Source of the DNA: the human T2T-CHM13v2.0 reference genome, Homo sapiens | Length of the DNA stretch: 64,000 bases | Assembly (NCBI GenBank): GCA_009914755.4 | Contig: CP068257.2 | Coordinates: 25,632,001 to 25,696,000, forward strand | Reading direction: 5' to 3' | In this document: one piece after another, positions 42,450-54,720 of the stretch | Layout of the letters: each line of letters starts with the position of its first letter | How positions within the stretch are numbered: position 1 is the first letter of the stretch | Program-made: the position numbers and the translations under genes | Notes under the pieces: model-generated | Databases searched by the model: none | The model's input: only the letters and a program-made list of their open reading frames with translations | Told to the model about the DNA's origin: nothing

Positions 42450-43475
42450 TATCTCCAGAGTGGGGGACCAAGGTAGGCAGGGCCCGACTGGACAGGCCTG
42501 CCTCATGTCTCATAATGGCAGGCACAAGCACCAGCTGTGTTGGGGGATTCTAGTGCACAGCCACCAAATGCCCACAAGTGTGCCTAGGCATGGAGTTGGA
42601 AAACCTCCACTGCCCCAAGTTTTCTGCACAGGTAGGGGAGTATGGCCTAAACACAACATCAAGAAGAGTGGGTACTCCAAATTCCTGGAGATATATCTGG
42701 GCTTTCAGCACAGAAAGCTCCACTGCACCAAGATCTCTGCACCTGAAGGGAGAGGTGGCTCAGGCTCCAAATTTGGGCAAGTGGATGTACCAAATGCCTG
42801 GAAACATGCCCCAGGAATGCAGAGTACATAAACTGTGGTTGCAAGAAGGTCTTTGCAGGAAAAAAGGGGAGGGGGTGGCTTGAGTGCCTACTGTAGGGGA
42901 GCAGGTGTGCCTCATGCCAGGTAATACACCCAGAGAAGGAATAGAGAAACTGCTGCCACAGCAAGGTCTGCATGAGAAGGGAGGGATAGATTGTACTCCT
43001 AATCTGTGAGAGTGGGCATGCCAAATGCCTGGAGTTCTATCTGAGTGTGGAGCAGAGGGAGTACTGCTCTACGACGTTCTTTTAGCAGAAAGGGGATGGC
43101 AGCTCAAGCTCTTATTCTCAGGGGGCAGATGCACCAAAGCCCTGGAGCTATGTCTGGGCATGGAGCAGAGAGTTTGCTGCTGCACCAAGATCTCTTCATG
43201 AGAAGGGAGGAATGTCTCAGGCTCCTATCCAGCTGTACAAGTGTTCTAAATGCCTGGGACTGTGTCCTGGTGAGGAGTGGAAAAGTCGTCATTGTACAAG
43301 TTCTTTGCAGGGGAAGGAAGAGGCAGCTTAGGCCACTAGTCTGGGACAAAGGGTGTTTTGATTGCTTGGAAATATGTCCTCTGGCGAGGAGTGGAACTCT
43401 CCATGAGGCCATCGGTGCGGGCTGGGGGAAAGAAGGCAGGGTGGCAGGAGTGGAGACCATGGGTATTTGAACCAC
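42450..43475. repeat. Tandem repeat array, about 113-bp period, about 9 copies, moderately diverged
   Basis: The anchor ccaaaTgcctgg recurs at 42564, 42677, 42790, 43021, 43134, 43246 and 43360 (spacing 112-116 bp). Units share ...ctgg..tatgtctgggc.ggagcagag..t.ctgc.gcaccaagatct...agggag...gctcaggctcc.... ORFs are open on both strands here, as expected for a repeat whose period is not a multiple of three. Confidence 0.8.
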
Positions 43476-43479
43476 TTCC

Positions 43480-46400
43480 TCATGTAACATACTTGTGCCT
43501 TCAGGACTTGTTTGAGCCCGATAATATATATACCACTTCCATTTGATGATGGAATGCTGTTGTGCATGACCCACTTTATGGCTAGATCGGTCAGAAAGCA
43601 CCCAGTTCACGACAGGCAGTTCAGGTCACATGGTGACTTGATGACCCACAGTCAAATATACAGTTTCCACCAAAGCCCAGTAACAGGCCAAGAGCTGTCT
43701 CTCAAAAAAGAGAGTAGTTATCTGCAGAAGATGGCAGGGTCTTGCTCCAAAATCCTAGAGGCCTCCACTGTGTTTCACCTATAGGGGCCTGCCAAAGGCT
43801 CCAAACAGCATCCCTATCTTCCACTGACACCTCAAGCACCATTGGATATGCTGGGTCATATGACCCAAGTGTCAGAGCAGCTTGCACAGCAGCCTGGACC
43901 TGTTGCAGAGCATTCTCCTGTTTCTGACCCCACTCAAACTGGCAGCCTCTTGGGTCACACCATCAATGGGCTGGAGTAACACACCCAAATGAAGAATGTG
44001 TTGCCTCCAAAATCCAGATAGGCACACTAGGTGTTGTGCCTGTTTCTTAGTTGTAGGAGGGGCCAAATGCAGCAACTTCTCCTTCACCTTAAAAGGAATA
44101 TCTCAACAGGTCCCACACCACTGGATCCCTAGAAATGTTACTGAGGTTGAAAGTCCTTCAGTTTTAGTCGGATTTATTTCCCATCCTCTGGCATGCAAAT
44201 GTCTCACCAATAAGTCCAGTGTGTTTGCTACTACTTCTTGCTTACTGGATCCAGTCAGCAAAATGCCATCAATGTAATGGATCAGTGTGATATCTTCATC
44301 AAAGCAAAAAGCAATCAAGGTCTCTCTGAATAAGATTATGACACAAAGGTGGAGAGTTGATATACCACTGAGGTGGGACAGTAAAGGTATATTGCTGGCC
44401 TTGCCAGCTGAAGGCAAATTGCTTCTATTGGGCCTTATGGACAGGAACGGAGAAAAAGGCATTTGCCAAGTCAATGGCTGCATACCAAGTACCAGGAGAT
44501 GTGGTAATTTGCTCAAGCAATGAAACCACATCTGGTAGGGCAGCTGTAATTGGAGTCATCTCTTGGTTAAGCTTACGATAATCCACTGTCATTCTCCAAG
44601 ATCCATCTGTCTTCTGCACAGGCCAAATAGGAGAGTTGTGGGAATCACCACCCCTGCATCTTCCAAGTCCTTGATGGTGGCAGTAATCTTCACAATTCCT
44701 TCAGGAATGTGACATTGTTTTTGACTTACTATTTTTCTAGATAGAGGCGGCTCTAGTGGCTTCAATTTGGCCTTTCCCACCACAATAGCCCTCATCCTAC
44801 CAGTCATGGAGCCAATGTGGGGGTTCTGCCAGCTGCTAAGTATGTCTATGCCAATTATGCATTCGGCCACTGGGAAAATGACCACAGGATGAGACCAGGG
44901 ACCCACTGCACCCACTGTAAGTTGGACCTGAGCTAAAACTCCATTAATTACCTGACCTCTATAAACACTTACTTTGTTTGGAGGACCACAATGATGTTTT
45001 GGGTCTCCTGGAATCAATGTCAGCTCAGAGCCAGTGTCCAGTAGTCCCCAAAATGTCTGATCATTTTCCTTTCCCCAGTGCACAGTTATCCTGGTAAAAG
45101 GCTGGAGGCCACCTTGGGAGAAAGACTCACTGCATTAATTGTTGGTAATGTAGTGGGGTCCTTCCATAAGGAGGCCAGCCTCCCCTTCACTCAGGCCGTT
45201 CTGGGTCTGTAAACTGGCTCAAGTCTGGAAATTGATTGAGGGCTGGGATTCTCTTTTTGTAATTCAAATTAGTGTTTTGTCCACTCGATCTAGAAGTTTT
45301 CTGCTTGTATCAATTAGGTAGGAATGCAGTAGGTTTCATATCAATTTCACTTCTAGGAACACTGTGATTAATTAGTCAATGCCAGAGCTCTATATGAATC
45401 AGATTATTCTGATTGCTGCTTTGCCTCTGCTGTCCATTACAGTAGCTACACCCACCTTGCCTTTGATGGTTGAGTACTGACACTTGGCCCCTGCCACCTC
45501 GGGATCCAATTATTCACACTGTATTTAAATTTTGTAGTGAGTGACTGCAGTGCCCACCATTAGATCTGACCTACAGAGAAGAGAAATTATAGGGCTCCTC
45601 AAAGATGCAGGTGCTGCCCTCACTACTCTATTTTGCAAGGCATTGGTCAAGGTTATATCTTTTGGACCCTCTGAGCTGGGATGAGTAGGTCTAAATTGAC
45701 TGATCTACTCCACCATCCCAATCTCCCTAAGCTTTTGGATCCCCTCCCTCTATATTAAAACAAGGGAGATCAGGCATTTCCAGCTTGCTCACAGTGGGCC
45801 ATCTTTTAATCCATATTTCAGCTAACCAAGCCAATAAACTATTAGAACCTTTTTAACTCCCCAAGCTGCAACATTGAAAGCAGAGTCCCTACTTGGTGGG
45901 CCCAAATAAATGAATTCAGCCTTATCCAACTCTATGTTCCTTCCACCATTATCCCATACCCTTAATATCTACCCTCATGCCTGTTCTCCAGATTTCTGTT
46001 TATATAATTAAAGAAATCAAACAGTTCTTTTTGAGTGTAGCACACCTCCTCATGGGTCACACTCTCAACCTCACCTCTAGGGGCCTGCTGGGACTGTAGT
46101 TATAGGTCTAGAAGAAAACAGGGGTGTTGGGAGTGGCTCCTGAAGAGAATCAACATTTTGCCTGGCAACTGCCTCAGGGGAGGCCATCACTGTTCCCTCG
46201 GGCAGCGTAGGGTTTATCTCCTCAGACAAAGGTGGAAAGGATGATGGCAGCGTGGGTTGGGGAGGGGATGTTGCCACTACTAGAGATGGGGAAGCTGTTT
46301 CTTTTCACAAAAAAGGTTCATCAGGATTTACAAACTCAGTGGCCCCAGCTTCATCAGGGTCCTCCCACACATCCCCATTCCAAGTTTCGGGGTCCCATTC

Positions 46401-46899
46401 TTTTTCAGTCAATACCCTCTAGACACTTTAACAGTAGACACCTGGCGAGGTTGTGCATGAGTCTTTCATTGCAGTTCAGCCACTCTCATTCTAAGAACTT
46501 GTGTCTGTTTTCCCACAATTTCAGCTCTTTCTCTACAGGAGATAGAAGCTCTGAGTTCATCATTTTCTTTCATCACTTTGTCCACTGAACTTAGGAGCAA
46601 ACCATCAGCTTCATTATGTTCCTTGATTCTCCATATATGGTCAAAGGTATTATGCATAAAATCACTAAACTCCTTGCCTCTCACGAGCAGTGAATCAGGA
46701 GTATCAAATGCATTTATTTTGCATAGCTCTCTAAACAGTTCATGCCAAAGACTATCAGTGTTTTCCATACTATTAGTAGAGTCCTTAGCATTTTTCTGTC
46801 TAATCATATTAAGCAGCCACCTCCAGAAACCCAAAAACCAATGAAAGAACTCCATCCTTAATATTCTGTTCATCTAGAACCACTCCTGGTATCAAAATC
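43480..46899 (-). mobile_element. Class III ERV (ERVL-like) internal region: PBS, degenerate gag, protease, reverse transcriptase. Truncated at the start of RNase H.
   Basis: Minus-strand ORFs: protease LLDTGSELTLIP at 44589-45083; [16 protein letters not shown]...[17 protein letters not shown] at 44425-44619; HYIDGILL (YIDD-like) at 44103-44531; connection domain PLGFWSKTLPSSADNY at 43702-43887. A proline-rich gag segment is at 46077-46277. A tRNA-Leu-like PBS, tgataccaggagtgg (reverse complement of 46881-46895), abuts the LTR. DLANAFF and DYRKLN are spuma/ERVL-type rather than gamma-type motifs. Confidence 0.65.
43702..45083 (-). pseudogene. ERV pro-pol coding remnant (aspartic protease plus RT palm and connection), multiple frameshifts
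   Basis: Consecutive minus-strand ORF fragments of 61-164 aa carry the DTGS, DYRKLN, FFSVP and YIDG motifs. Confidence 0.65.
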
Positions 46900-47330
46900 T
46901 GTATTAGTCAGGGTTCTCTAAAGGGACAGAATAGGAGATACATAAATGGGAGTTTCTTATCTATTAACTTACACGATCACAAAGTCCCACAATAGGCTGT
47001 CTGCAAGCTGAGGAGTAGAGAGTCAGTCCAAGGCCCAAAACTGAAGAACTTGGAGTCTGATGCCTGAGGGCAGGAAGCTGATCCAGCACGTGAGAAAGAT
47101 GTAGGCTGGGAGGCTAGGCCAGTCTCTCCTTTTCACGTTTTTCTGCCTGCTTTCTATTCGCTGGCAGCTGATTAGATTGTGCCCACCAGATTAAGAGTGG
47201 GTCTGACTTCCCCAACTCACTGTCTCAAATGTTAATCTCTTTTAGCAACACCCTCACAGACACACCCAGGATCAATGCTTTATATCCTTCAATCCAATCA
47301 AGTTGACACTCAGTATTAACCATCACAGCA
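46900..47330 (-). mobile_element. 5-prime LTR (431 bp, TG...CA) of the ERVL-like provirus, possibly MLT2-type
   Basis: A TG..CA-bounded unit (tgtattagtcagggttctctaaagggacag ... aagttgacactcagtattaaccatcacagca) lies directly adjacent to the PBS-like sequence, separated by about 5 bp. It matches a widespread mammalian LTR consensus I recognise but cannot name with certainty. Confidence 0.5.
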
Positions 47331-48164
47331 TGCATAAGTGCAATGCGAACAACAAACTTTACATTCCAAAAAAATACAATTGAAAAAATATAGGGTCAAT
47401 TTGTATTCAAGCTTAGTAACATAGATTTTCAGTATAATCGTTTTTAAGTTTAATTATTTTAACATTTTAAATTCATGGAAGCGCATTAGGAAATATTTAC
47501 TTGTAAATGTAGGTTTTATTTATTTATTTTCCCTATTCATTTCTCAGAGGACCTGAAATAATTGTACTTTCATTCTAACTGCTGCCTTTCTTGCTAATGT
47601 TTAACTTTAAATGTAATCAATCATTTAGCCTAATCTTAAAAATATTTTTTATAAAAGTAATACATATTCATTGTAGAAAATGCATTTCTTTTATAAAACC
47701 ACATATTCCAGAAGGAGGAAACTAAAGCGAGATACAGCCGAAGTTGAAATGTTTGTGTTGCTAAAATCTTCTCTTAGTCAGACTTCATTGAACAAGCCAA
47801 ACAATTAACTTTTGTTTGAGGGTTTGCAATTAACAATAAGACCCTTCGAAAGTACTATGTCAACATTATTTCAGACAAAAGACCTCTTTCAATATTTCAC
47901 CTGACACAGTTTTACATTAATTCCACTTAGCAAATGTTGGTTGAGTATTGCCTATAAGCTTGGCACTCACTGATTTATCTAAAGTAATATTATTTTTCTC
48001 TATTGACTCATCTAAATTCCAATCTTTGTAAAATATGCTCATTGTAATTATTTAATTGGTTTTTACCTTCAAGGTAAATGTAAATTGTATCTTGAAAGAA
48101 TTCATTAAAAATGAAAATATGGCATATTATATTTGTTCCTCATATATTTTATAAACATATAATT

Positions 48165-48236
48165 ATCTATCATCTATCTTATCTATCTATCTATCTATCA
48201 TCTATCTATCCACCTACCTATCTATCCTGATTATGC
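48165..48236. repeat. Interrupted (ATCT)n/(TATC)n tetranucleotide microsatellite
   Basis: ttatctatcatctatcttatctatctatctatctatcatctatctatccacctacctatctatcc. Confidence 0.9.
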
Positions 48237-49426
48237 ATCCCAATTTAGAGTTTCATAGACCTTCTCTCAAAGAGAAGGCATTCTGTCAATAAAATGAAAT
48301 CATGTAGGTGTCTTCTATTTTACATAATAGTTGATTCAAAATGGGCAAAATTGTATTAACTACAGTAGCTACTGGAAACTTCATTTAATACAAAGGCTAG
48401 ACCAAAAAAAAAAAAAGCCATGCCCAGTGATCTGAATACCTTACATATTAGAAAAAGGGCACAGTCTACAAAGGAAAACGTTCTAAAAATCCTTGGAGAA
48501 ATTGAAATTCATGGGAAATATAAACCAAAGGCTTTTGAAATTAGAAAATTCATCTTTGTTTAAATACATCTAATAATGCATTATGGGCTGTAAATACATT
48601 TCCAAAACTTATAAAGACTAGAGGATAACATTCCATTCTAGTAAGTTGTCTTCAATGGAGGAAGTGTATAAGTGATGCCAAATCCTCAGTTACCAATAAT
48701 ATTCTTTCAAGCAGCTGACCTACTTTCCTTAGGGCAAGGCTCTAGTTTTCCCAAATGATTGTCATTTGGATTTCAGAATAAAATAATTTATCCCTTCTGT
48801 TCATAGTTAGAAACAGAACTGAGAACACAATGGATATTTTTTCTTTTCAGACAATGGGTATTTTTTTCGTTTGCAAATCTGCATTTATAAAACAATGGTG
48901 TGGTAGAAAGTCAAACACCAAATTAACGAGGAAAAGTTTAGAAACGTTTTGTTACATTTTACATATTTCAACGTCTCAAAAGTGGCATCACGATAATGCA
49001 ATAGCTTGTCTAAAAAATGAAAAAAATAAATAAATGTTATATTTTGTATATAATGCTAGAAAATTTGAACAGTTCTAGAAGATGCACAAAATGGTGATCT
49101 TGAGGAAATTACACATGGAGTTTTTTAAGGATTCGATTCCCATATTAAAGCCAATACCATCATGTGAGGTCCCATATTTAAAGTTTAATTTCTCTGTGAT
49201 TATTTACATAAGAATAGCTCCATTTTTCAAAACTTTCCTTTCATTAGGAACAGAAACAAATGTCCTCTAGGAATGAATGAAATATTTTTCTCTACTATTG
49301 CTGTTGTTTTTAAAGTTGAAAATTTACCTATTTATTAAAGTCATTCCATAACCTTATCCAACCCCAAATCTGTACATTTCACACTTTGTAGAATAATGAG
49401 TTGAAAAGAAACCCAGTGGATTTATG

Positions 49427-49458
49427 TATGTGTGTGTGTGTGTACATATATATATATA
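49427..49458. repeat. (TG)n(TA)n compound dinucleotide repeat
   Basis: tgtgtgtgtgtgtgtacatatatatatata. Confidence 0.9.
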
Positions 49459-50494
49459 CATTTTTTATTATGTGGGTTCTGGCAAATATTTTAGGGCTAA
49501 TTTTTTAGCTGATAAATTTTAGTACTATAGCAATATTTGGTTATGTCAAATTATGTGAAATTGTGTAGTGATTTCTAGGAATAAAATATTCTGAAAATAG
49601 CAGTTGTGAAGGGAAGTCTAGGTTAGCCTCAACTTACTGAAAGTGAAATCTTTTGAATATTCAAATGAAAAAAGTAAGAGTAATGGGAATGAAAAATAAT
49701 CAGGACACACAATAATGAAAAAATGAAATAAAAAAATTGTGGAAATAGTAAATATAAGACAGAAAATAAAATCTAAAGAAATTTTATTTAACTGGGCTAC
49801 TGTTGGTAGCACCAGGTATAAACAACCTTTACTTCAAGCTTCAGATATGTTTCAACTCTCATTCTTGTTGAAGGTTGATTCTATGACCTAAAATGTCATC
49901 ATAAGAAGAATTTGTCTTTTATCTCGCTTTACCAAGCACTCATTATCAAGGGGGGACCAATTAATAACTATTCTAGCAACCTGCAACAACAAATATGACA
50001 TTGCTACGTTTTCGCCATGAATCTCATTTAGATTTTTTTGAAGATATTTTTCTAGTACTTTGTGTTGAGTTGTAACTCCACGAATTAGCCAAAAGTATAA
50101 TTATGTCATGGGCAATAATTGCATGACTGACTGAAGTCTTAGGGATACAGTTATTCTTGCAGATCATAATTCCCTAAAAGAGAAAGTTTGTTCTAAAGTT
50201 GCATTTCTAGAATTCCGTTTGGCAGCAATACTATATTACTGTTGTTTAACTTGGGAGCCAAAAACCTTAGAACTGAGGGGATGATTCTTTTAAAAGCATA
50301 GCTGGAAGTTTAATAGTAAATACATTAAACAATTTCTGCTTATTTTCTCTAAGTGTTTGACATAGTGAGGTCATTTGAAATCCAATTTAATAGAATCTTC
50401 ACAGAATATTGGGAAATTAGTACTATCTTGACTCAACACTGACTGCCCTTGCATTAGTAACTGATATAACATTGACCTTAAACATAGCTCTTGA

Positions 50495-50866
<372 letters not shown>

Positions 50867-53800
50867 TCCACTGTACTTATTATACTCAGAGGATGCTATT
50901 CAGACATGCTAATGAAAATTTATTTTATATTTAAAAACTAATGTTTTCATATAACACAGCCATGAATATCATTCAGAAAAACAAATTGACAGGATTAACA
51001 AATGCAGAAAGCAAATGCAGAAAGCAGCAGCAAGAAGGCAAATGAAGGCATGCAGAGAAAAAGAGACTTATGAAAGCTTTCCTGTCTAGTTCTTTGATAA
51101 GAACTTAACATCAGTGAGAAAATTGAAAAGCCCAGTCTTTGGCAAAAAGATTAAAACAGGCCTTGGCACTATTTGTAAGCAATTTAGATTATCAGAGGAA
51201 AGACAATTCTTTGAAATAATATATAATGAGAGACACTGATGCTTCTTTACAGCTTCATAGCAGATCAACAAAAATCATGAATGCCAATCATGGCTATTTC
51301 TCAATGTAATGTTTTGTCAGTAATTCCTTCAGACAGGTGTTATCCATGAAAATGAAGTGTATAATTTAAATTTTTCTAAATGCCACATTAAAAATGTAAA
51401 AAAGAAACAAGTAAAATTAATTTTAAGAAACGTATTTTTGTTTACTCAATATGTCCAAAAATTTTCATTTCAATTTGTAATCAATAAATTATTAATGATA
51501 TATTACACATTCCTTTTTGATTATATGTCTGCATAATATGTTATGCATTATGCTTGCAACCCATCTCGATCTGAAACAGTAGCATTCCAAGTGTTTGATA
51601 GCCACTGCCTAGAAGTTACTATATCAGTCAGCATGGCGATGGACATTGAATACAATGTTTTTCAAAGATAATTTAATTTGAACTAATAAAAAATAAAGTA
51701 AGAACTTCTGAAAATATTTAGAATAGCTTGGATAGGAAAGCCAAATTAGTGCAAATAAGATTAAGGGGTCAAATGAAAAGGGGAGAAAGGAAGAGAGGTT
51801 TAACTTAACTGCAAAGCAGAATTTTGGAGAATTGCAGCTAATGACAACAAATTGTTCTCATAAATTATGACACTATATAGCTATGTGGTTATGATGATGA
51901 CAACTTTAGAATAATATGTAAAGAGCTGTTCTTCATTTTATTTCCACAAATAATAACTGAACATCTATTATAGGCTTGGTCATGACAATATGATGGTGAA
52001 TAAGCAGTGGTTCTTCCCTTCGGGGACATAAAGTCAAATAGGGAGTGATGGCATTTTCCATTTTTGTGACAGATTAAACTTATTTGGTAAACAAATGGAA
52101 GACCTAGCAAGGCAAATCTAGTGGAAATTAAGAAGAGCAAAGTTTGTTAAGCACATCTGTATCACAAACAGAATTGTTCAGAAAACAACTCAGTAGCCCT
52201 GACATTATATAAAAATCCTCTTTGGTTGGACTATTAAGGGACCCTGTGTAACCGCATATAGAAAAGGACATCAAAGAGATTCCTGAGTTGTGTTGGAAGG
52301 CGTTTTGCATGATACCTAAAATTCTTTCCAGCCATATAGTAGTATGATTATATAATTATTGTGAGAAATATCTTATTTGAATTATTTTTATACTGTGATG
52401 ATTATTTCAAATTATTTGAATGAAATTAAATATACATAGAACTCACGAATCATTTGATTTATCAAGTACCCTCAGGTATTATTTTGACATCAAGAATTTA
52501 ACAACACATTAATAATGCTTGTTAATAGAAAGTTTAGAAAACCTTTTGCTTTCTTTAAAGCACTTTTCACCGTGATTCCATCCTTTGGAATGACTGTTTC
52601 TCCTCCAAATCAACATCTTATTATTTTTATATCAATCCCAAGTTAAGTCAAGAGAATGAGAGGAATAAGAAAATGCCATTGCTTTTAAACCAAAGGGCAA
52701 TATGACAAAAAAGAGGAATTTTTAAATTATTTGCAAAGTAAAAATTCTAAATGTCTTTTTACTGCTTTGTTTAAGATATTGTTTAAACTCAAACAATGAG
52801 ACATTTGATACTTTACTGTCTATTCAGCCGTGTGTCTGTAAACATTTACACAAATTTACATCAATTTCTATTTGTTCTATGAGAACATGAATCCCATTAA
52901 AATGGCTAATGTATAGATGGAAACTTCCATTGCTACTATTCTTCAGGTTTTTCTTATTGAAAAGTGATTTGCGTTTCCTTTTTGTTATATAAAACTTTGT
53001 ATTTTGCTGGTTAGCCTTAAAATGATTCCCTAATCGAATATCTCTTCTTTCAAATTTCGGTGTTTTTAAGAATATATAAAATGAGTCTAGTAATAGATCT
53101 AATGGAAGATACTGAGCATTTAAAAGTTAAACTGTTTACATAATAGTAATCATTTGCTTATGTAAACAGGAAAAGAACGTGGTTAACTGCCTGCACACAG
53201 CAGGAAATGCAAACATGAAGACTCAGTTCTGTCTTAGAACTGATGGAGTGAATTAAATGTGTACAATGCAGAGGTGTTCATTGCAAAGCAGTAACGTCAG
53301 TTATTTCAATACAAGAGACATAAAAATCATAAACAACAAACATTAAGCATGCTATGAAACTGAAAATCTTTAAAGAAACATCATTGAGCAATGGTGTTGT
53401 CTTGTCTATTATAGTTATGTGGACTGAGCTAAATATTCACATGACACTGAAATAATAAGAACGGGAACAAAAGCATTTAGAGGGTTATAATCTAATATAC
53501 GGTGTCACAAATCAAATCCTTTACAAACCACTGGGAGACAATATTTCTGTAGTGTTTTTGTTCCATTTGTACGTGAAGAAGTTAGTGTGTCTTTTGTTGT
53601 TTTTGTTTGCTCAATCACGTTTTTCAGCAATCAAAGTAAAATTTGCAAATACCTAAAAATAATGGCTTCTTTTATAAAGCAATATTGTAATTAAGTAAAT
53701 GTGAAAATATAAATCAATTTTTAAAACAAATATGAGAAGATACGTTCATTTTCAGATTAGCACACACACACACCTATAAAAAATAAAGTAAAATATGCCT

Positions 53801-54084
53801 GTAAAAGTACCAATCTTGGTTTTTCTAAATATTTCAACAATTTCTAAAATAAATATTAAACTTTTACTCTATTAACAAGACATTTGTATATTTCTCATTT
53901 TGGAAATATATTTTAGTAAAACTTATTTTGAAGTAAGCATAGGTAGTCTACTACTTTCTAGTGCCACTAGTGATCCTCATTCTAGTTTTCTGCCCACAGC
54001 CATATCCTGTTCTGTTGTTGGATTTCATTCTTATACTGGTTGCCTCATTATAAGATAATTACCTTGCCTCAACATCATGTTTGA

Positions 54085-54720
54085 GCTCTGTCATGGTTTG
54101 AATTGTGTCGCCCCCCAAAAAGATATTGGAATTTCCTGTTTTAGTTCTTTTGGACCGTTATAACAAAATGTCATAAACTAGATAGCTTATAAACAATAAA
54201 ATTTATTTCTCACACTTCTGGAGGCTGGGGATGATCTAATCATTACCCCAAAGGCCCCACCTCCTAATACCATCACCTTGGATTTAGGATTTTGACATAT
54301 GAATTTTGGGGGAACACAAACATTGAGACCACAGTACTCTCAGTGCTTCAGAATGTCACCATTTGGAGATAGGGTTTTACAAATTAAGGACTAACCCAAT
54401 ATGACTGATGTCCTTATTAAAAAGGGACAATTTGGACACAGAGACAGAACACATAGAGGCAACACGATGTGAAGAGGCACAGGGAGAAAATTGCCATCTA
54501 CAAGTCTGCACCATATCCTTCCCTCACAGCCTTCAGAAGGAAACAAGTCTGTGGACACCTTGATGCTGGACTTAGAGGCCTCCAGAACTGTGAGACAGTA
54601 AAATTATACTCTTCAAGCCAATTCAAGCCAATCTCTCTGATGATTTCTGCTCAGGTCTCTTTGTCCGGAATAAGTTTGTATAATCACCCCAAGATGCTAA
54701 TAAAGGTGTGGTGGTGATGG
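54085..54720. mobile_element. Composite of MLT1-like MaLR LTR fragments: one copy, with a second inverted copy (54150-54312) nested near its 5-prime end
   Basis: It starts tgtcatggtttgaattgtgtcgccccccaaaaagatat, is interrupted by an opposite-orientation fragment (...ttataacaaaatgtcataaactag...cttctggaggctgggg...cccacctcctaataccatcac...ttttgggggaacacaaacattgagaccacag), then resumes ...gtcaccatttggagatagggtttt...gacttagaggcctccagaactgtgagacagtaaaat.... Confidence 0.5.

Noticed and set aside
42450-43475. Regularly spaced repeats that could superficially suggest a CRISPR-like array
   Set aside because: The sequence context is eukaryotic (Alu/L1). The units are contiguous diverged copies of one 113-bp monomer, not short identical repeats separated by unique spacers.
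42364-43610. Overlapping ORFs of 100-168 aa on both strands (e.g. 43104-43610 minus, 42364-42831 plus, 43045-43470 plus)
   Set aside because: They lie in the 113-bp tandem repeat. A stop-free repeat unit whose length is not divisible by 3 stays open in multiple frames on both strands. The amino-acid sequences are low-complexity and mutually overlapping, which no real gene shows.
46466-46873. 135-aa minus-strand ORF with a coiled-coil-like sequence (…RIKEHNEADGLLLSSVDKVMKENDELRASISCRERAEIVGKQ…)
   Set aside because: It sits directly downstream of the PBS of the ERVL-like provirus, in the position and orientation of the gag N-terminus. I treat it as degenerate ERV gag rather than a host gene.
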